This document shows, piece by piece, positions 12,301 through 24,500 of a DNA stretch of 64,000 nt (positions within the stretch are counted from its first letter, which is position 1; each line of letters begins with the position of its first letter). Position numbers and translations under genes: made by a program. Source of the stretch: Felis catus (taxonomy: Eukaryota); the NCBI RefSeq assembly GCF_018350175.1, contig NC_058368.1, positions 229,774,001 to 229,838,000 of the forward strand. Reading direction: 5' to 3'. The notes under the pieces are model-generated. The model ran no database searches, was not told where the DNA came from, and saw nothing but the letters and a program-made list of their open reading frames with translations.

Positions 12301-13566
12301 ATGAGAGTAGAGGTCATTGACCTATGAAAACTGACGTTTTTAATATTTAAGATGCGCTTTAGTATTTAGAAATTTAGCCCTGATGTCAGTAGTACAGGAA
12401 TGTTTTTAAAGCACAACTATCTAATGAAGGATGTGAAATTTAAAAAATACATGTTCTCCAATCAACGAATTTGGACATCGATGTATCTTTACTCACTGAC
12501 TGGTTTCAACTCTGTAAGCAGATTGTTTGAGAATTTGATAAATTTGAGAATAGTCTTATATAATATTAAAGGGATTTCTGTAATCAGTTCCCATTTTGGT
12601 TTGACCCTCTGAAGCGCTGTAATTCTGGTTTGGTTCCTTGTGCCAGTAACTTACGTCATAACGGTCGAGCGTATGGCCGTCCAGACGTAGCGTTCTGCAC
12701 GGGTTCTGTAGCCCGGCGTCAGCCACGTTATCACTAAGTGTAGTATGTCCCATGCCACATACGTGTGAAAGGGAGATGTACTCTGGGGCGTACTTCCTTA
12801 AACCTGGGTCTGTATTTGACCCCCAGTCATTCATTCTGCAGATCTAACCATCGCTGCTCTTTTACGTTCTATCCTGACTGTGCTTTGCCATTTTCACTAA
12901 CGTTTCCTGCTCCTCCCCTCTCTTTTCTGTACAGTTTGCTTGTTCTCTGAGACTCGGATTGCTGCTTACTGTCATCCAGGCTCAGGTTTGGTGGATAGAG
13001 AGAAACATGGCCTTTCTCAAAACCTCATTCACTTTGTGCCGCGAACGTAATAAAGGCCACTTCCTCAGGGTGACACTCAAGTCCCAATTACATGTCCAGC
13101 CTCCTCTCCAGCAGCATCGCTCGTTACCTCCTTTCCTCCTGCCGTGCCTGACCGACTGCTGCTATCATCCCTTGTTTGCTTATCTTCCTGGACACTTGTT
13201 CCTTATTTGTGACAGCAGGAGCTGCATTCGGCTTTGTATTCTTCTTACTCTTTCTGGGTCTGAATACCTCATGATATTACAGACTCCCAAGGGCTGAGGT
13301 CCATGTTTCATCGTCCCCGTGCCTCCTGGTTCATAGCATGCTGGCTGACACATAGTTATCGCTCGGTGGATCCTTGTGAGTTGAAGATTTTGTGTGCTGC
13401 CGAACCAAATACCGTTTCCAACTGAATATCGTCTTTAGTCTGGGTTTTCTAAATGTGTTTTCTTGCAACCATATACTATCAATTCATCACTTAGATAAAG
13501 CATTTGAAGAGTCAAGGTCAGTTCTCCATCAATATCTTTTCTCTCTCGGGAGTTGATGGCTGAAGG

Positions 13567-13746
13567 CAATGGTTCTCCGATTGGCTCATGCCCCCATCGT
13601 CTGGCTTGTTAGAATCGAGATTGCTGGGTCCCAGACCCACAGTTTCTGATCCGGTTGGTCTGGGCTGGGGCCCAAGAATGTGCATGTCTAACACGTTACC
13701 AGGTGATGTGGCGGCTGCTCTCCCAGAATCCCACTGAGAGAGCCTG
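13567..13746. mobile_element. MER5A (hAT-Charlie)
   Basis: caatggttctc...gattgctgggtccc...agtttctgatccggttggtctgggctggggcccaagaatgtgcatgtctaaca. Confidence 0.85.
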
Positions 13747-14929
13747 TTTTAGGGTCACCTGGGATCGCTGGGTATCTCTGTGCTAAAGCAGCTGAGTCAG
13801 AGAGTGCTAAGTCTGTGGAAAAATCTTCCCATCAGGGTTAAACATTAGCACTGAGTTGCGCACGTCTCATTCACCCCTTTGCGTGACGGTTTTGTTCCTC
13901 CACCTAATGAGAGAAGATGCTTTCCTACCGCCTCTCCACTGGCCTTCCCTTAACTGGCCGGGAAGGTGCTTTCACCTGCGGGATGCGTATGTTGAACTCT
14001 GTTTAGTTTGTTGGCCCACGCTTGCTTTCCCTAAAGAATTCCTGGTGAACACGGGTCGTCTCGGTGCCCCCCCCCCCCGCCCGTAGCCGTTCACGTGATC
14101 CTCCCAGGAAGCCCGGGGATTGTCTTTGTTTTTCTCATGCGAGGAGGTTAGGCGCTTAGTGTGAGGCCATATACACAGTAAAGGTGGGTGAACCAGGGGT
14201 TGAGCCCAGGAAGTCTGGCTCTGAGTCTGGACACCTCACCGCTGTCGGCTGGTCTCTCTCTAGGTGGGAAAAACAAAACAAAACAAAACAAACAAAAAAA
14301 ACCCAAAAAACAAAAAACTGCTGTTGTCCTCGTTGTGGCTTGATGGCTTCTCCACAAATCCTCTTGGCATCTCCAGTTAGTATCTGGTCTAAGACTGCCT
14401 TCTGGGCCTCAGAGGATTTTTACGCTTCAATGGGAAGACCTTAGTGACCATCACTCTTTAAGGGACTGTGTCTTAATCAGATTTATTTTGGTCAGTGAGT
14501 GCAGCTGCACGTTACGATTACAGCGTATATTTTCATCGCTTGCTTTATACAAAATGACAGCACAGGGAAAATGACCCAGTTCAGGAACGGTGGGTCCTCT
14601 TGTCGTATGATCTTGCACTTCTGATTTCATAGTTTTACATGCACCATCATAGTTGGCCTTACGCATAAAAGCAGCAACAAAAAAGCATGAAGCATTATCC
14701 TGATTTCACAGAGAAGGAACTGAGTCTTGGGGAGGCTGAAGAAGTTCTCCTTTACCAACCTGCAGGAATGGGATGCGGGCTCAGCTCCGGGTTTTCAATG
14801 CAGAGTTTGATATTGGTTTCACGACATATTAGGAATTTATATTCAATCGAGTTTACATTAAAATGTGTAAATTTCCGGTGGGGCTTTGCAGATATTGAGT
14901 GCAATATTCAAATTAGATTTCTGAGTATT

Positions 14930-16250
14930 CGTTCATTCAACAAGTGTTTACTGAGCCTCTCCTTTGAGCTAGGTGTTCTTCTAGGTGTGTAGAATATATT
15001 AGCAAACAAAACACTGAGACAGCTGTTACGACACCGTGCTGGTAGGAAAGGACAGTAAGCAGTGAGCACAAATGAGTCAATTGTATTGTATGTTGGAACC
15101 TGACAAGTGCTATGGAAAACAAAGCAAGAGTAGAGCAAGGCAGGGTAGAAAGAGCAGGAAGAGGATGTCGTTGAAATTTTCTGGGTAGTTAGGCAGAGGG
15201 ACGGTTAAGCAAGACGTGGAGAAGGTGAGGGAGTTAACCGTGGACCTGGCTGGGAGAAGACCGGTCCAGGTGCAGAGAGCATTGCTGGCAGGGAAGGGCC
15301 ACATATGGAAGTGGACTTCAGGAATGGCAGGTGGGACAATGTGGCCATGGAGAGAACAGCAGGGGACTAATTTAACGAAATGATGCTTACCCAGATTTTC
15401 TAGGGCCTTGTGTGGCATCGAAAGTGTTGACCTAAGGTGTGGCCTGATCTGACATAGACCTAGTCTGGTGCTCTAGTAAGAATAGACTGTAGGGAAGCTA
15501 TGGTGGAGACTGTATCATCAAGCCAAGTGAGTAAAGATGGATTGCTCAGACTAAGGAGAGTCAACAGTGGAGGTGGGGAGAGACGACCAGGTGCTGGATA
15601 TATCTGACAGGTTGAGGCGGCTGGAGTACCTGATGGCTTGGGTGTAAGGTGGGAAGGAAAAGGTGAGTCGGGGAGATTTCCAAGACTTTTGACCTGAACA
15701 ACTGAGAAGGATGGAGTGGGCACCCACTGAGAGGCAGAAGAAGGTGGGTGGAGCAGTTTGGGGAGGTGGATAAGCTTAAGAGAGGAGTTGTGAGTTCCAC
15801 AGCGTCTTGGCATCTAGATGTCGGTGCTGTGAAGACAGGGGAGAAGGGCGTGTGGTCCAGGCTGGATATAGTGACTTGAAGTTCATCAGCATCTGCCATC
15901 AGGATGAGATCCCCCAGGAAGGGGGTGTAATGCAGAAGATGAGAAAGACTGCTGAGCCCTGGTGCGGGTGTCGTTAGGGGGTCAGAGAGGAGGTAATGAA
16001 TGCCAATGAAGTGGGAGGAAAGCCAGCCGAGTATGATGTTCATGAAGCCAGACGAGAAGATTAGTCAAGGCTTTGGAGATAAAGAATCCTGAAAATGCTG
16101 TAGGTAGCTAAAGAAGGCAGGCCTGAGAATTGCCATGAGTCCCTGGGAGTCCTGCCAAAGCTGTTTTAGTGGGGTGACAGGAGCAGGTAGTGGGGTGACA
16201 GGAGCAGGAGCTGCATGGGCTACCGCCCGTAAAATGGGGAGACTCTGGAA
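14930..16250 (-). mobile_element. Long L2 (L2a-like) 3' fragment, about 1.3 kb
   Basis: Starts with the antisense L2 terminus ttcattcaacaagtgtttactgagc and continues through ctggatatatctga...gacctgaacaactgagaaggatggag...ggatgagatcccccagg...gaagccagacgagaa. Confidence 0.85.
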
Positions 16251-16914
16251 GAGGCTGGGGACAGATGGATCCTTCGAGAAGTGTACTCCCTTCTCAATTT
16301 TAAGATGCTTTGATTAGGTTTCCTAGGTTGGAATATTATTCAATTATGTTCAATAGAAAAAAAGGTTCAAAAAGGAAAAGGTTCAAACAGAAAAAAAAAA
16401 GGCATTGAGAGCAAGACAGAGAAACAGGCCAGACAAAGACACTCAGAGGAAAAAGAGAGACACGGCAGTGGCTCCCAGAGAGATCACGGGAACTTTCATC
16501 TGTGAACGAGTAATCCTGACGTATGTCTTTTAGCTCTCTGTTAAATTTCTTACCTGCCTGTGTTTCAGAGGTAAACCATGAGCTATTTCCACAAAGGGTC
16601 AGTGTAATCCCAAGATCTAGGAACGACTGGTTTCAAACTCCGTTGAAGCAAGAATGTTGAGGTTTTAAATTTTAAATATATAGGATCTTTTCACTAAGTG
16701 TGTATTTTTGAACTTGATACGGTTTGTGTCATCCCAGGACATGTAGAGGTTTTCCCGTAGCTTCTGTGACCTGTGATACTGATGCAGCCTCCTTTAGGAC
16801 AGGGAGCTCTCTGCCATTACCTCTGCATGATGCTGTATACATGGAAATTGGAAATGCCCCATGTGAACTCAGATAAGTTTCTCTCACTGTCTTCCTCAGT
16901 TCTGTACTGATTGA

Positions 16915-17119
16915 TTTTTTTTTAAGTTTTTTTTGAGAGAGACAGAAAGAGTAAGTATAGGGGAGGGACAAAGAGAGAGGGAGAGAGAGAATCCCAAGCA
17001 GGTTCCGTGCTGACAACAGAGAGCCCAATCTGGGGCTCAAACTCATGAAACCATGAGATCATGACCAGAGCTGAGATCAAGAGTTGGTCGCTTAACTGAC
17101 TGAGACACCCAAGTGCCCC
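16915..17119 (-). mobile_element. CAN-SINE, older subtype
   Basis: gagagaatcccaagcagg...gagatcaagagttggtcgcttaactgactgag. Confidence 0.95.
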
Positions 17120-17313
17120 GAATTCTCTCTTGATCCTTGTTATTGTTCTCTGTTGCTGTTAGACCATCACTTAGTGTCAAGGGAGGAAAATAATGGTCCA
17201 GAATTGTACGGATCAAGTTTTGTGTATTACTATTAAACAGGGATTCTGTTATTATTTTTTTTCTAACTTGAAGAATGCGCTTTTCTTTTTAATCCTTTTG
17301 GACCTTCAAGGAA

Positions 17314-17525
17314 TTTTTTTGTTGTTTTCTCATTTTTGAGAGTGAGAGAGACAGCGTGTGAGCGGGCGAGGGGTAGAGAGAAGGAGGGAGACACAGAATC
17401 TGAAGCAGGCTCCAGGCTCTGAGTTGTCAGCACAGAGCCCAACAAGGGGCTCAAACTCACAAACCACAAGATCGTGACCTTAGCTGAAGTCGGATGTTTA
17501 ACTGATTGAGCCACCCAAGTACCCC
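17314..17525 (-). mobile_element. SINEC_Fc CAN-SINE
   Basis: Antisense body; TSD ccttttggac. Confidence 0.95.
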
Positions 17526-18546
17526 CCCCTTTTGGACTCTTATAATCACCTTTGATGATAATGAGTAGCTCTACAGGTAGCATATTGGGGTTACTTGCTG
17601 GGTGACATTCTTGGGCTAAGCCCGGGGTAGTTGTCCGTGGTGGGCACTGCAAAATATGAAGCTAATAACTGAAAGCTAATGAATCAATAAGGTAAAGGAA
17701 AGAGGGAGCAAACAGTGGATAACATTGGATACAGTTAAGGAGGGAGCAAGGTCAAGGTTTGTAAGCTAATTCTTAATGTAGAGAGCGAGAACAGACAGGG
17801 GGAGGGAAAGAAAGCGTAGGGCTGACTTGAGGTGGGAGAAAGCATACTATGACTGTCTGACTAGAAACCATACTCAAAATATTTACTTGTCCTTTCTGGA
17901 AATCGTGGAATGGATTCAACTGCCCTCTGTCCTAACCAATTATATCCCACTGATTAGAATATAAATAGCTTTTTCTGGCTAGGCTCTTGAGTATTAAGAC
18001 TGAGATTTTTGAGATTACTTTTATGATCAGCACCCTATGAAACATACTGTGTTTACCAAAATCACAAATGGAATTGTCCATTGCCAAAATGAACACTTGG
18101 CATCAACACGTAGGCCAAGCAAACTCCCAGAAATATAAACACTATTGCTGGTTGAGTCAGTACTATAAGCCGAATACAGCGCTTCTGTGGGAAGGTCCTG
18201 GTTAGACTCTGTTGAATGACTTTAAAAGTGGATCACCACACAGGCTCTGTGTTGATTAACAAGGAAGCAGAAAGCCAACTGGTCCTGTTGACTGTGGATG
18301 GATGAAACCAATTACCATCAGGCCCCCAGAGTCTAGTTAGGAAATTCCTTTAAGAAATAACTGGAACTGAGAAAACACAGCACCGTTTCTCTCAATCACG
18401 CAAAGACTTCTTCTCCTGAAAGATAGAGTTTAAGCCAAGATCTTGTTGATGGCATTTGAATATTCTAGTAAATCTGCTCCATGATAGACCATGTGTACAG
18501 ATATTCATTATATATTACCTTAAAGATGTACATTGTCATCGGTGAA

Positions 18547-18575
18547 TGTATTAGTCAGGGTTCTCCTGAGAAACA

Positions 18576-18576
<1 letters not shown>
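18547..18576. mobile_element. MLT2-like LTR terminal fragment
   Basis: tgtattagtcagggttctcctgagaaacag matches the recalled MLT2 terminus, but only 30 bp survive. Confidence 0.55.

Positions 18577-18628
<52 letters not shown>
18576..18628 (+). repeat. (CG)n(CA)n compound microsatellite
   Basis: gtgcgcgcgcgcacacaca... Confidence 0.95.
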
Positions 18629-18629
<1 letters not shown>

Positions 18630-18693
18630 TGTCGACCCTTGAACAACATGGGGGTTAGGGGTGTTGACTCCCTTGCAGTCAAAAATTCACATA
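18627..18693. mobile_element. MER8/Tigger2-derived terminal fragment
   Basis: gtcgacccttgaacaacatgggggttaggggtgttgactcc...gcagtcaaaaattcacata. Confidence 0.75.
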
Positions 18694-19204
18694 GTGTGAT
18701 GGCATGGGTGGTATTTTATTTTCCTAAATAGCATCATGAAACACACTGCATCGATGCTATTAATTTGAATTTTGTTTATTTTATTACACTTTATTTTATA
18801 ATTTTAAAATTTATATTTGTATTTGCTGTAAATTGCTATAAACACTCTTAGGCTAGTTGTATATTTTCTGTGCTTAGGGAAGTTTACAATAAATGTACTT
18901 AAAAACTGGATGTCCTTTTGTTCTCTTAAAGTTTTATCATTTTAGACCACGGTGTGTGTTTACTCCTGTTGAACCTAACAGTGTTTGGACTCAGGGAAGC
19001 AATTTGGTGAATATTTTAGCATTCATTTTTGACCAAAGGAAATTAAAAGTAGAAAGAACAGAAGGGCAAATTTGCCTTGTACGGGATGAAATCTGTGAAA
19101 ATTATGTGTACAAGTATGAAAAAATTCTCATCACCAAACAAATCTTGGATTCTCTTTGGTATCTTAAAATGTGTTAAAGGTAAGCATTAAATAATGTTTC
19201 TACA

Positions 19205-19411
19205 GGGGCGTCTGAGTGGCTCAGTCGGTTGAGTGTCTGACTTCAGCTCAGGTCATGATCTCACGGTTCATGAATTGGAGCCCTGCACTGGGCTGTGTGC
19301 TGACAGCTCGGAGCCTGGAGCCTCCTTAAGATTCTGTGTCTCCCTCTCTCTCTGCCCCTAACCCACTCGCATTCTGTCTCTGTCTTTCTCAAAAATAAAT
19401 AAACATTAAAA
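19205..19411 (+). mobile_element. SINEC_Fc CAN-SINE
   Basis: Full head, body and tail; TSD aaataatgttt(c/t)taca. Confidence 0.97.
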
Positions 19412-19944
19412 AAATAATGTTTTTACAGAATTCTTAATGGCCCACTTATAATTAATATTGTTATTGAAAGTTTTTAAAAAAAATATACCCCTGGACAGTA
19501 TAATGCATAAGTAATTCATTAAGGAAGGTATCTATGGACATATTGGCATAGTTATGCTTTTCATTTAAAAACTTCAGTAACTATTTCCACATTGTTTATT
19601 TCTAATCACCCCTTAAAGACAGAGCAACTTTGCCTTCTGTGCAGCATGAGGCAAAAATTTGATAAATGGTTCTTTGAAATGTTAAAAATGTCATTGTACT
19701 TGTATTTTTCTCAAGCTGACAACATATGGCATATTTCTAATTTTTCTACTAGGATTTCCTTTTTAGTGACTGACATATACGTGATTTAAAAAGAAATCAC
19801 AAAATTCTTCAAGTAGAAATTGTAAAGGAACAGTTGCTTTGTATATAAACGTATTTCCAGTTTCATTTTTTAGTTTTTAACATTTTATTAAACATGATCA
19901 CCTATTTGCTACTATATTTTGAGTTATAATTCTCTGTATTAGAC

Positions 19945-20075
19945 CTTCATTCATTCATTCATTCAACAAATCATTATGGTTTATGGCCATAATGTTGCTA
20001 GGCTGTATTTTAGGTACTGAGGAATGTGTCAGTGTACAAACGAAGTTTCTTTTTTCGGAAGGCTTTATGTTTCAG
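19945..20075 (-). mobile_element. L2 3' end
   Basis: ttcattcattcattcattcaacaaat...taggtactgagga. Confidence 0.6.
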
Positions 20076-20279
20076 ATGTTCTCATTTAATTTAGTTGATC
20101 ATCTGCTTATGCTTATCTAAATGTAGACTAGGTATAATTTTGGGGGATCTAAACATTAAATAGGGTGAAAAACAACCCTTGAAAATTTTTTCTTAGCTTT
20201 CATATTCTGTTTATTCACAATTAAATTTGCCATGTTTATTTATAAGTATCAAGTCATAGGTTGGTTCCTGTATTAGTTT

Positions 20280-20961
20280 GTGTTAGTATTATAGGGCTGC
20301 TATAAGAAACTTACACAGATTGGGTGGCTTAAGTGACAAATTTATTTTTCTTATTTATTTTAAATTTTTTAATGTTTATTTTTGATACAGAGAGAAAGAC
20401 AGACAGACAGAGTGCGAGTGGGGGAGGGGCAGAGAGAGGGAGACACAGAATCCGAAGCAGGCTCCAGGCTCTGAGCTGTCAGCACAGAGCCCAATGAAGG
20501 GCTTGAACCCACAGACTGAGATCATGACCCGAGCCGAAGTCAGATGCTGAACCGCCTGAGCCACGCAGGTGCCCTGAAATAACAAATTTATTATCTCATA
20601 TTTCTGGAAACTAGAAGTCCAAGATCAAGGTGTCCAGAGGGCTGTGAGGGAAAATCTATTCCACACTTCTCCTGTGGTTGCTGGCAGTCTTTGGTTTTCC
20701 TTTGCTTCTACTGCATCACCCCCATATCTGCCTTCACCATCATGTGACGGTCCCCCTATATGAATGCTTTTTCTAATGGCATTCCTTTTTGAAGGACAGC
20801 AGTCATATTGCATTAGAGGCTTACCCTACTCCAGTATGATTTTGTCTTAACTAATTACATCTGCAATGGCCCTATTTCCATATAAGGTCACATTCTGAGA
20901 TACGGAAGGTTAGGATATCAACATGGGAATTTTGGGGCAAGATGCAATTCAGTCCCTAATG
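20280..20961 (-). mobile_element. MLT1B-like MaLR solo LTR interrupted by a SINE
   Basis: agggctgctataag...gggtggcttaa...ctagaagtccaagatcaagg...accctactccagtatga...taattacatctgcaatg...aaggtcacattctgag. Confidence 0.85.
20347..20575 (-). mobile_element. SINEC_Fc CAN-SINE
   Basis: Antisense body; TSD acaaatttatt. Confidence 0.96.
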
Positions 20962-21894
20962 GCCACCATGGAGTAAATGAGAGCTTTTTTACTTATTGAA
21001 CAAATATTCATTATATACCTACTAAATTGTAGCATTGCACTAAGGATAAGTGATACAGAAGGGTTTTTTTTTTGTTGTTTTGTTTTGTTTTGTTTTTTAA
21101 GACACGTTAAGGTCCTGATTTTGTAACGCTGACTGGCAGGTAGGTCATCCATATAACGTTGGTAAGACCAGTGTCAACGTCCCTGGTTGTTCCACGTACT
21201 AAAAATTGGGACAGAAAACTGGTTTCCATCTTGGATATGCTGTCCTACCATCGCAGTGATTTCTCCGTCAATCCTTAGCCATTAAACCACTGGAGAGTCG
21301 GGTTTTAGCCATGTCACATTCGGTGACCCAGTTCTGGGTACATTCCAGCTCTCGTTTGCCAAGGCAGTAGCTCCCTGGGCACTCAGTCACGTACAGGATG
21401 GTTCCCTCATTTTACCGTCCTGCTCTTACTTACGGTAAGCTTTGTAATAAGCAAATTTGACTCAGATACTCCCCGTGCAGCTTGAGTGAGACACTAGTAA
21501 GACTTACCATACACGAGGCTTAGGAGTGAAAAAGTAATCCCCAGAGGAATATAATGGTTAATAAGAAGACAAATTTAGTTCTTGAGGTTTTTTTTAATAA
21601 AAATCATCAAGGCATCAACGAACTGGAAACTGAATAAACATGGGATCTCTAAAATGGCTGAGATTAAAGTAAACAACAGGTGCTCTATGAATCCGTCAGT
21701 TCTACAATTAAAAACAAAGTGATATAGACATTCTGGGTTATGCTACTTTACGCTAAAACAGATTTCCCAATTTTCAGAATGCGTGAAATAATTATAGCTG
21801 GGAGATTGCTTTCATTTTAATGGGAATTTGCAAATGCAAATCCCAGTTTGCTTCAGGAGTTGCATTATTAGATTTCAAAATCTGGCACGGAATG

Positions 21895-21897
<3 letters not shown>

Positions 21898-21928
<31 letters not shown>
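21898..21928 (+). repeat. (TG)n microsatellite
   Basis: Directly visible. Confidence 0.95.
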
Positions 21929-21930
<2 letters not shown>

Positions 21931-23362
21931 TTCAATCTATCCATTCCTAACTTAGGAGGATTTGTAATGCATTCAAGATAGATGGCTTTATAAATTTTAA
22001 AAAGTCTTTGGGGAAATGTTGCACATCCTTAGAAATATGTATTAAAATATTTCTATAAAGATGTTCTTAAATATCACCTAGGTTTTCTTTGGATAAATGT
22101 GGGTTTTCTTTGGTTAAATAGGAAGTCTTGTTTTTTCCGTTCCATTTACTTGGAACATTGGAAAGTTGGAGTCAGGAGGAGAATGGTAGTACAACAACTA
22201 GTGTCTTCACTGAGCTCTGAGCAAGTGAAGATCTTAATAATTTGACCAGGACCCAAATGAAGTTATCTTGATTCTAAGTCTAAGTGAGATAGCAGTGCTT
22301 GAACCACTTTAGGTTCCTGATATTTCATAATTTAAAGAAACATCAAACTACTCTTCAGATTCTCTGTGTCATATCAGATGCTATATTCTTTGATTTTTCC
22401 TTTAAAAACCCGGTTCTCTTAAAATGAAACAAACAGCCCTTGAGAAAAGTTTACTTTTTGAGATTTCATTGATCCACATTGGGTCAGGGTTCATCTCTTA
22501 GGAATGTAAATAATCGTTTGTGTTCTTTAATGGACATCAGAAAGTGAACTACTTAGAACTAGCTGAAATGTGAGTCCAAACTTTGTAGCTTTAGATTGGA
22601 CTCCAGATCAGATCATTGTAGGGTTTTTTTTTTTTTTTTGCTGTTATCCTCAATATCATAGCGATGAGATAGATGTATTTTGGGGGGCTAAAGTCTGTTG
22701 GCAGTCTTGATAATATGTTGCTGGGATCAGCATTATGGAAACAGAAGCTTGACTTATTTATTTGTTTCCTTCTGCAATACTGAAGCAGTCTGGCTGGATA
22801 GCTTAACAGTGTCAGTGTGGCAATATTCGTTCTAATAGATGATGTGTAATTTGTTCAGGAGGACATTTAACAAGGGTAAGTGGCATCTTCAGGAAAGTGT
22901 TCGTCTGCCATCAAGGATGTCACTTCCTCTGTTCATGTTATTGCCTGCCTAGACTTCCACCAATCATCCTCTAAAGCGAAACATGAAATGAATTGCTGTA
23001 ATTTTTCTCTGGAGAAAAAGAGAGAGTGTGTTGGGAACTGCTCGCGAGGCAACGTTTTTTGAGACGTAGTTAGGTTTTCTGGTTTCTTTTTCATCGCCGT
23101 ATTTTCAGATTATTTTGTAAGACAAGAAATGCCACCTTTTCATGACTCTCTGGTTCCGTGATGAATCCGTGGGAGGACTGACATTCCCTACCGAGCATTT
23201 TGGAAAACAAGCAGATTCGTTGCCTGTCCTCGGTCATATAACAACATTAAGGCCTGGTTGTAATCCTTGGTTTCAGACTGAGCCGAGTTAATATCTCTTG
23301 CATATAGTGGTGCTCCACATGTTGGAAAAGAACTGCCTACCTACTCTGGTTGTCTCTAAAAG

Positions 23363-23672
23363 CAGTACTGTCCCGTAGAAATAAAACGGGAGCCACACAG
23401 GCAATTTAAAAGTTTCTAGTCACCCTGTTAAAAAATGCAAATAGAAACGGCTGAAATTAAAGTTTGAATTAAACCACTGCAGCCAACATATGATTTCAAC
23501 ATAGTCAATATAAATCACTATTAAAGAGATACTTCACGTTTTTTTAATGAAATTTTTGCCCTCAAGGTGTATTTTACACTTATAGAACATTTTAATTTAG
23601 AGTCACTTCATGTTAAGCGCTGAATTACTTACATGTCGCTGGCTAGTGGCTGCTGTGTACTGACGAGCACAT
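23363..23672. mobile_element. MER33-like hAT-Charlie element
   Basis: cagtactgtcccgtagaaataaaacgggagccaca...gtgtattttacacttatag...ggctagtggctgctgtgtactg. Confidence 0.8.
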
Positions 23673-23844
23673 TCTGAGCTAAACATCCCCAGTGCCTTGG
23701 AAGATCGATAGTTTTAGAGGTTTGAGCCTGTCCCCTGTCATGGCCTAACTGACCTACGTCTTATTAATGGTACTCTTACATTGCAGCTATAGTCTCTCTG
23801 AGCTAGAGGAGAGATTCACTTGGTGGGACCTGGTGAAGGGACTG

Positions 23845-23990
23845 GGGTGGTACATGCACAGTCACCTGGGAATCTTTCTACCCTCCCGTCTGATTGTGTA
23901 CATCTGCAGTGGATTCTATGATTCTGATTTCTAACCAGCAGCCAGGGGATACTGATACAGCTGGTCCAGAGAACACACCTGGGGCGATTG
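23845..23990. mobile_element. MER5A-like fragment
   Basis: tcacctgggaatcttt...atttctaaccagc...gatactgatacagctggtccagagaacacac. Confidence 0.6.
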
Positions 23991-24298
23991 TTTGGAGGAA
24001 CCTGTTATTACTGGTGATTCCAACTTCTACTTCTGCTAAAATTTCTAAGGAGATTTTCTTTATATATATATTGCTGCAAGCCTCTTTATTGCCATTCTTG
24101 TTCGCCTGGTTTGCTAATCCTTCGTATAGAATGTTGCATTTGTACCAGTCCATTTGTACTGGTGCATTTGATTCCACCCATCAAACTGGGCTTACAGGTC
24201 CCTGAAGACCCTGCTTCCTCAATTGTTACATTCAGAATCACCTCCTCCCTTTAGGTAATTCCTGCCCCTGCTACCATTTACTCAATAGCATCCTTCTT

Positions 24299-24299
<1 letters not shown>

Positions 24300-24337
<38 letters not shown>
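24300..24337 (+). repeat. (CA)n microsatellite
   Basis: Directly visible. Confidence 0.95.
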
Positions 24338-24341
<4 letters not shown>

Positions 24342-24500
24342 GGGTTTCTGCATGAAATTGATTTTTTTGGTGTTTTTTTCAGGTTATGAGAACTTGGACA
24401 GTAAATAGTTTACCAAACTAGATATCTCTGGTCAACAATATAAACCAATGTGGAATCCTGGAAATTCCTTAGTGTTGTTTGGAAATATTATGTCTATGGT

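Noticed and set aside
15561..16043. 160-aa minus-strand ORF
   Set aside because: Lies within the L2 fossil
16547..16625. Possible 63-nt minus-strand exon with CAG/GTAAGA donor
   Set aside because: Weak polypyrimidine tract and an unrecognised peptide
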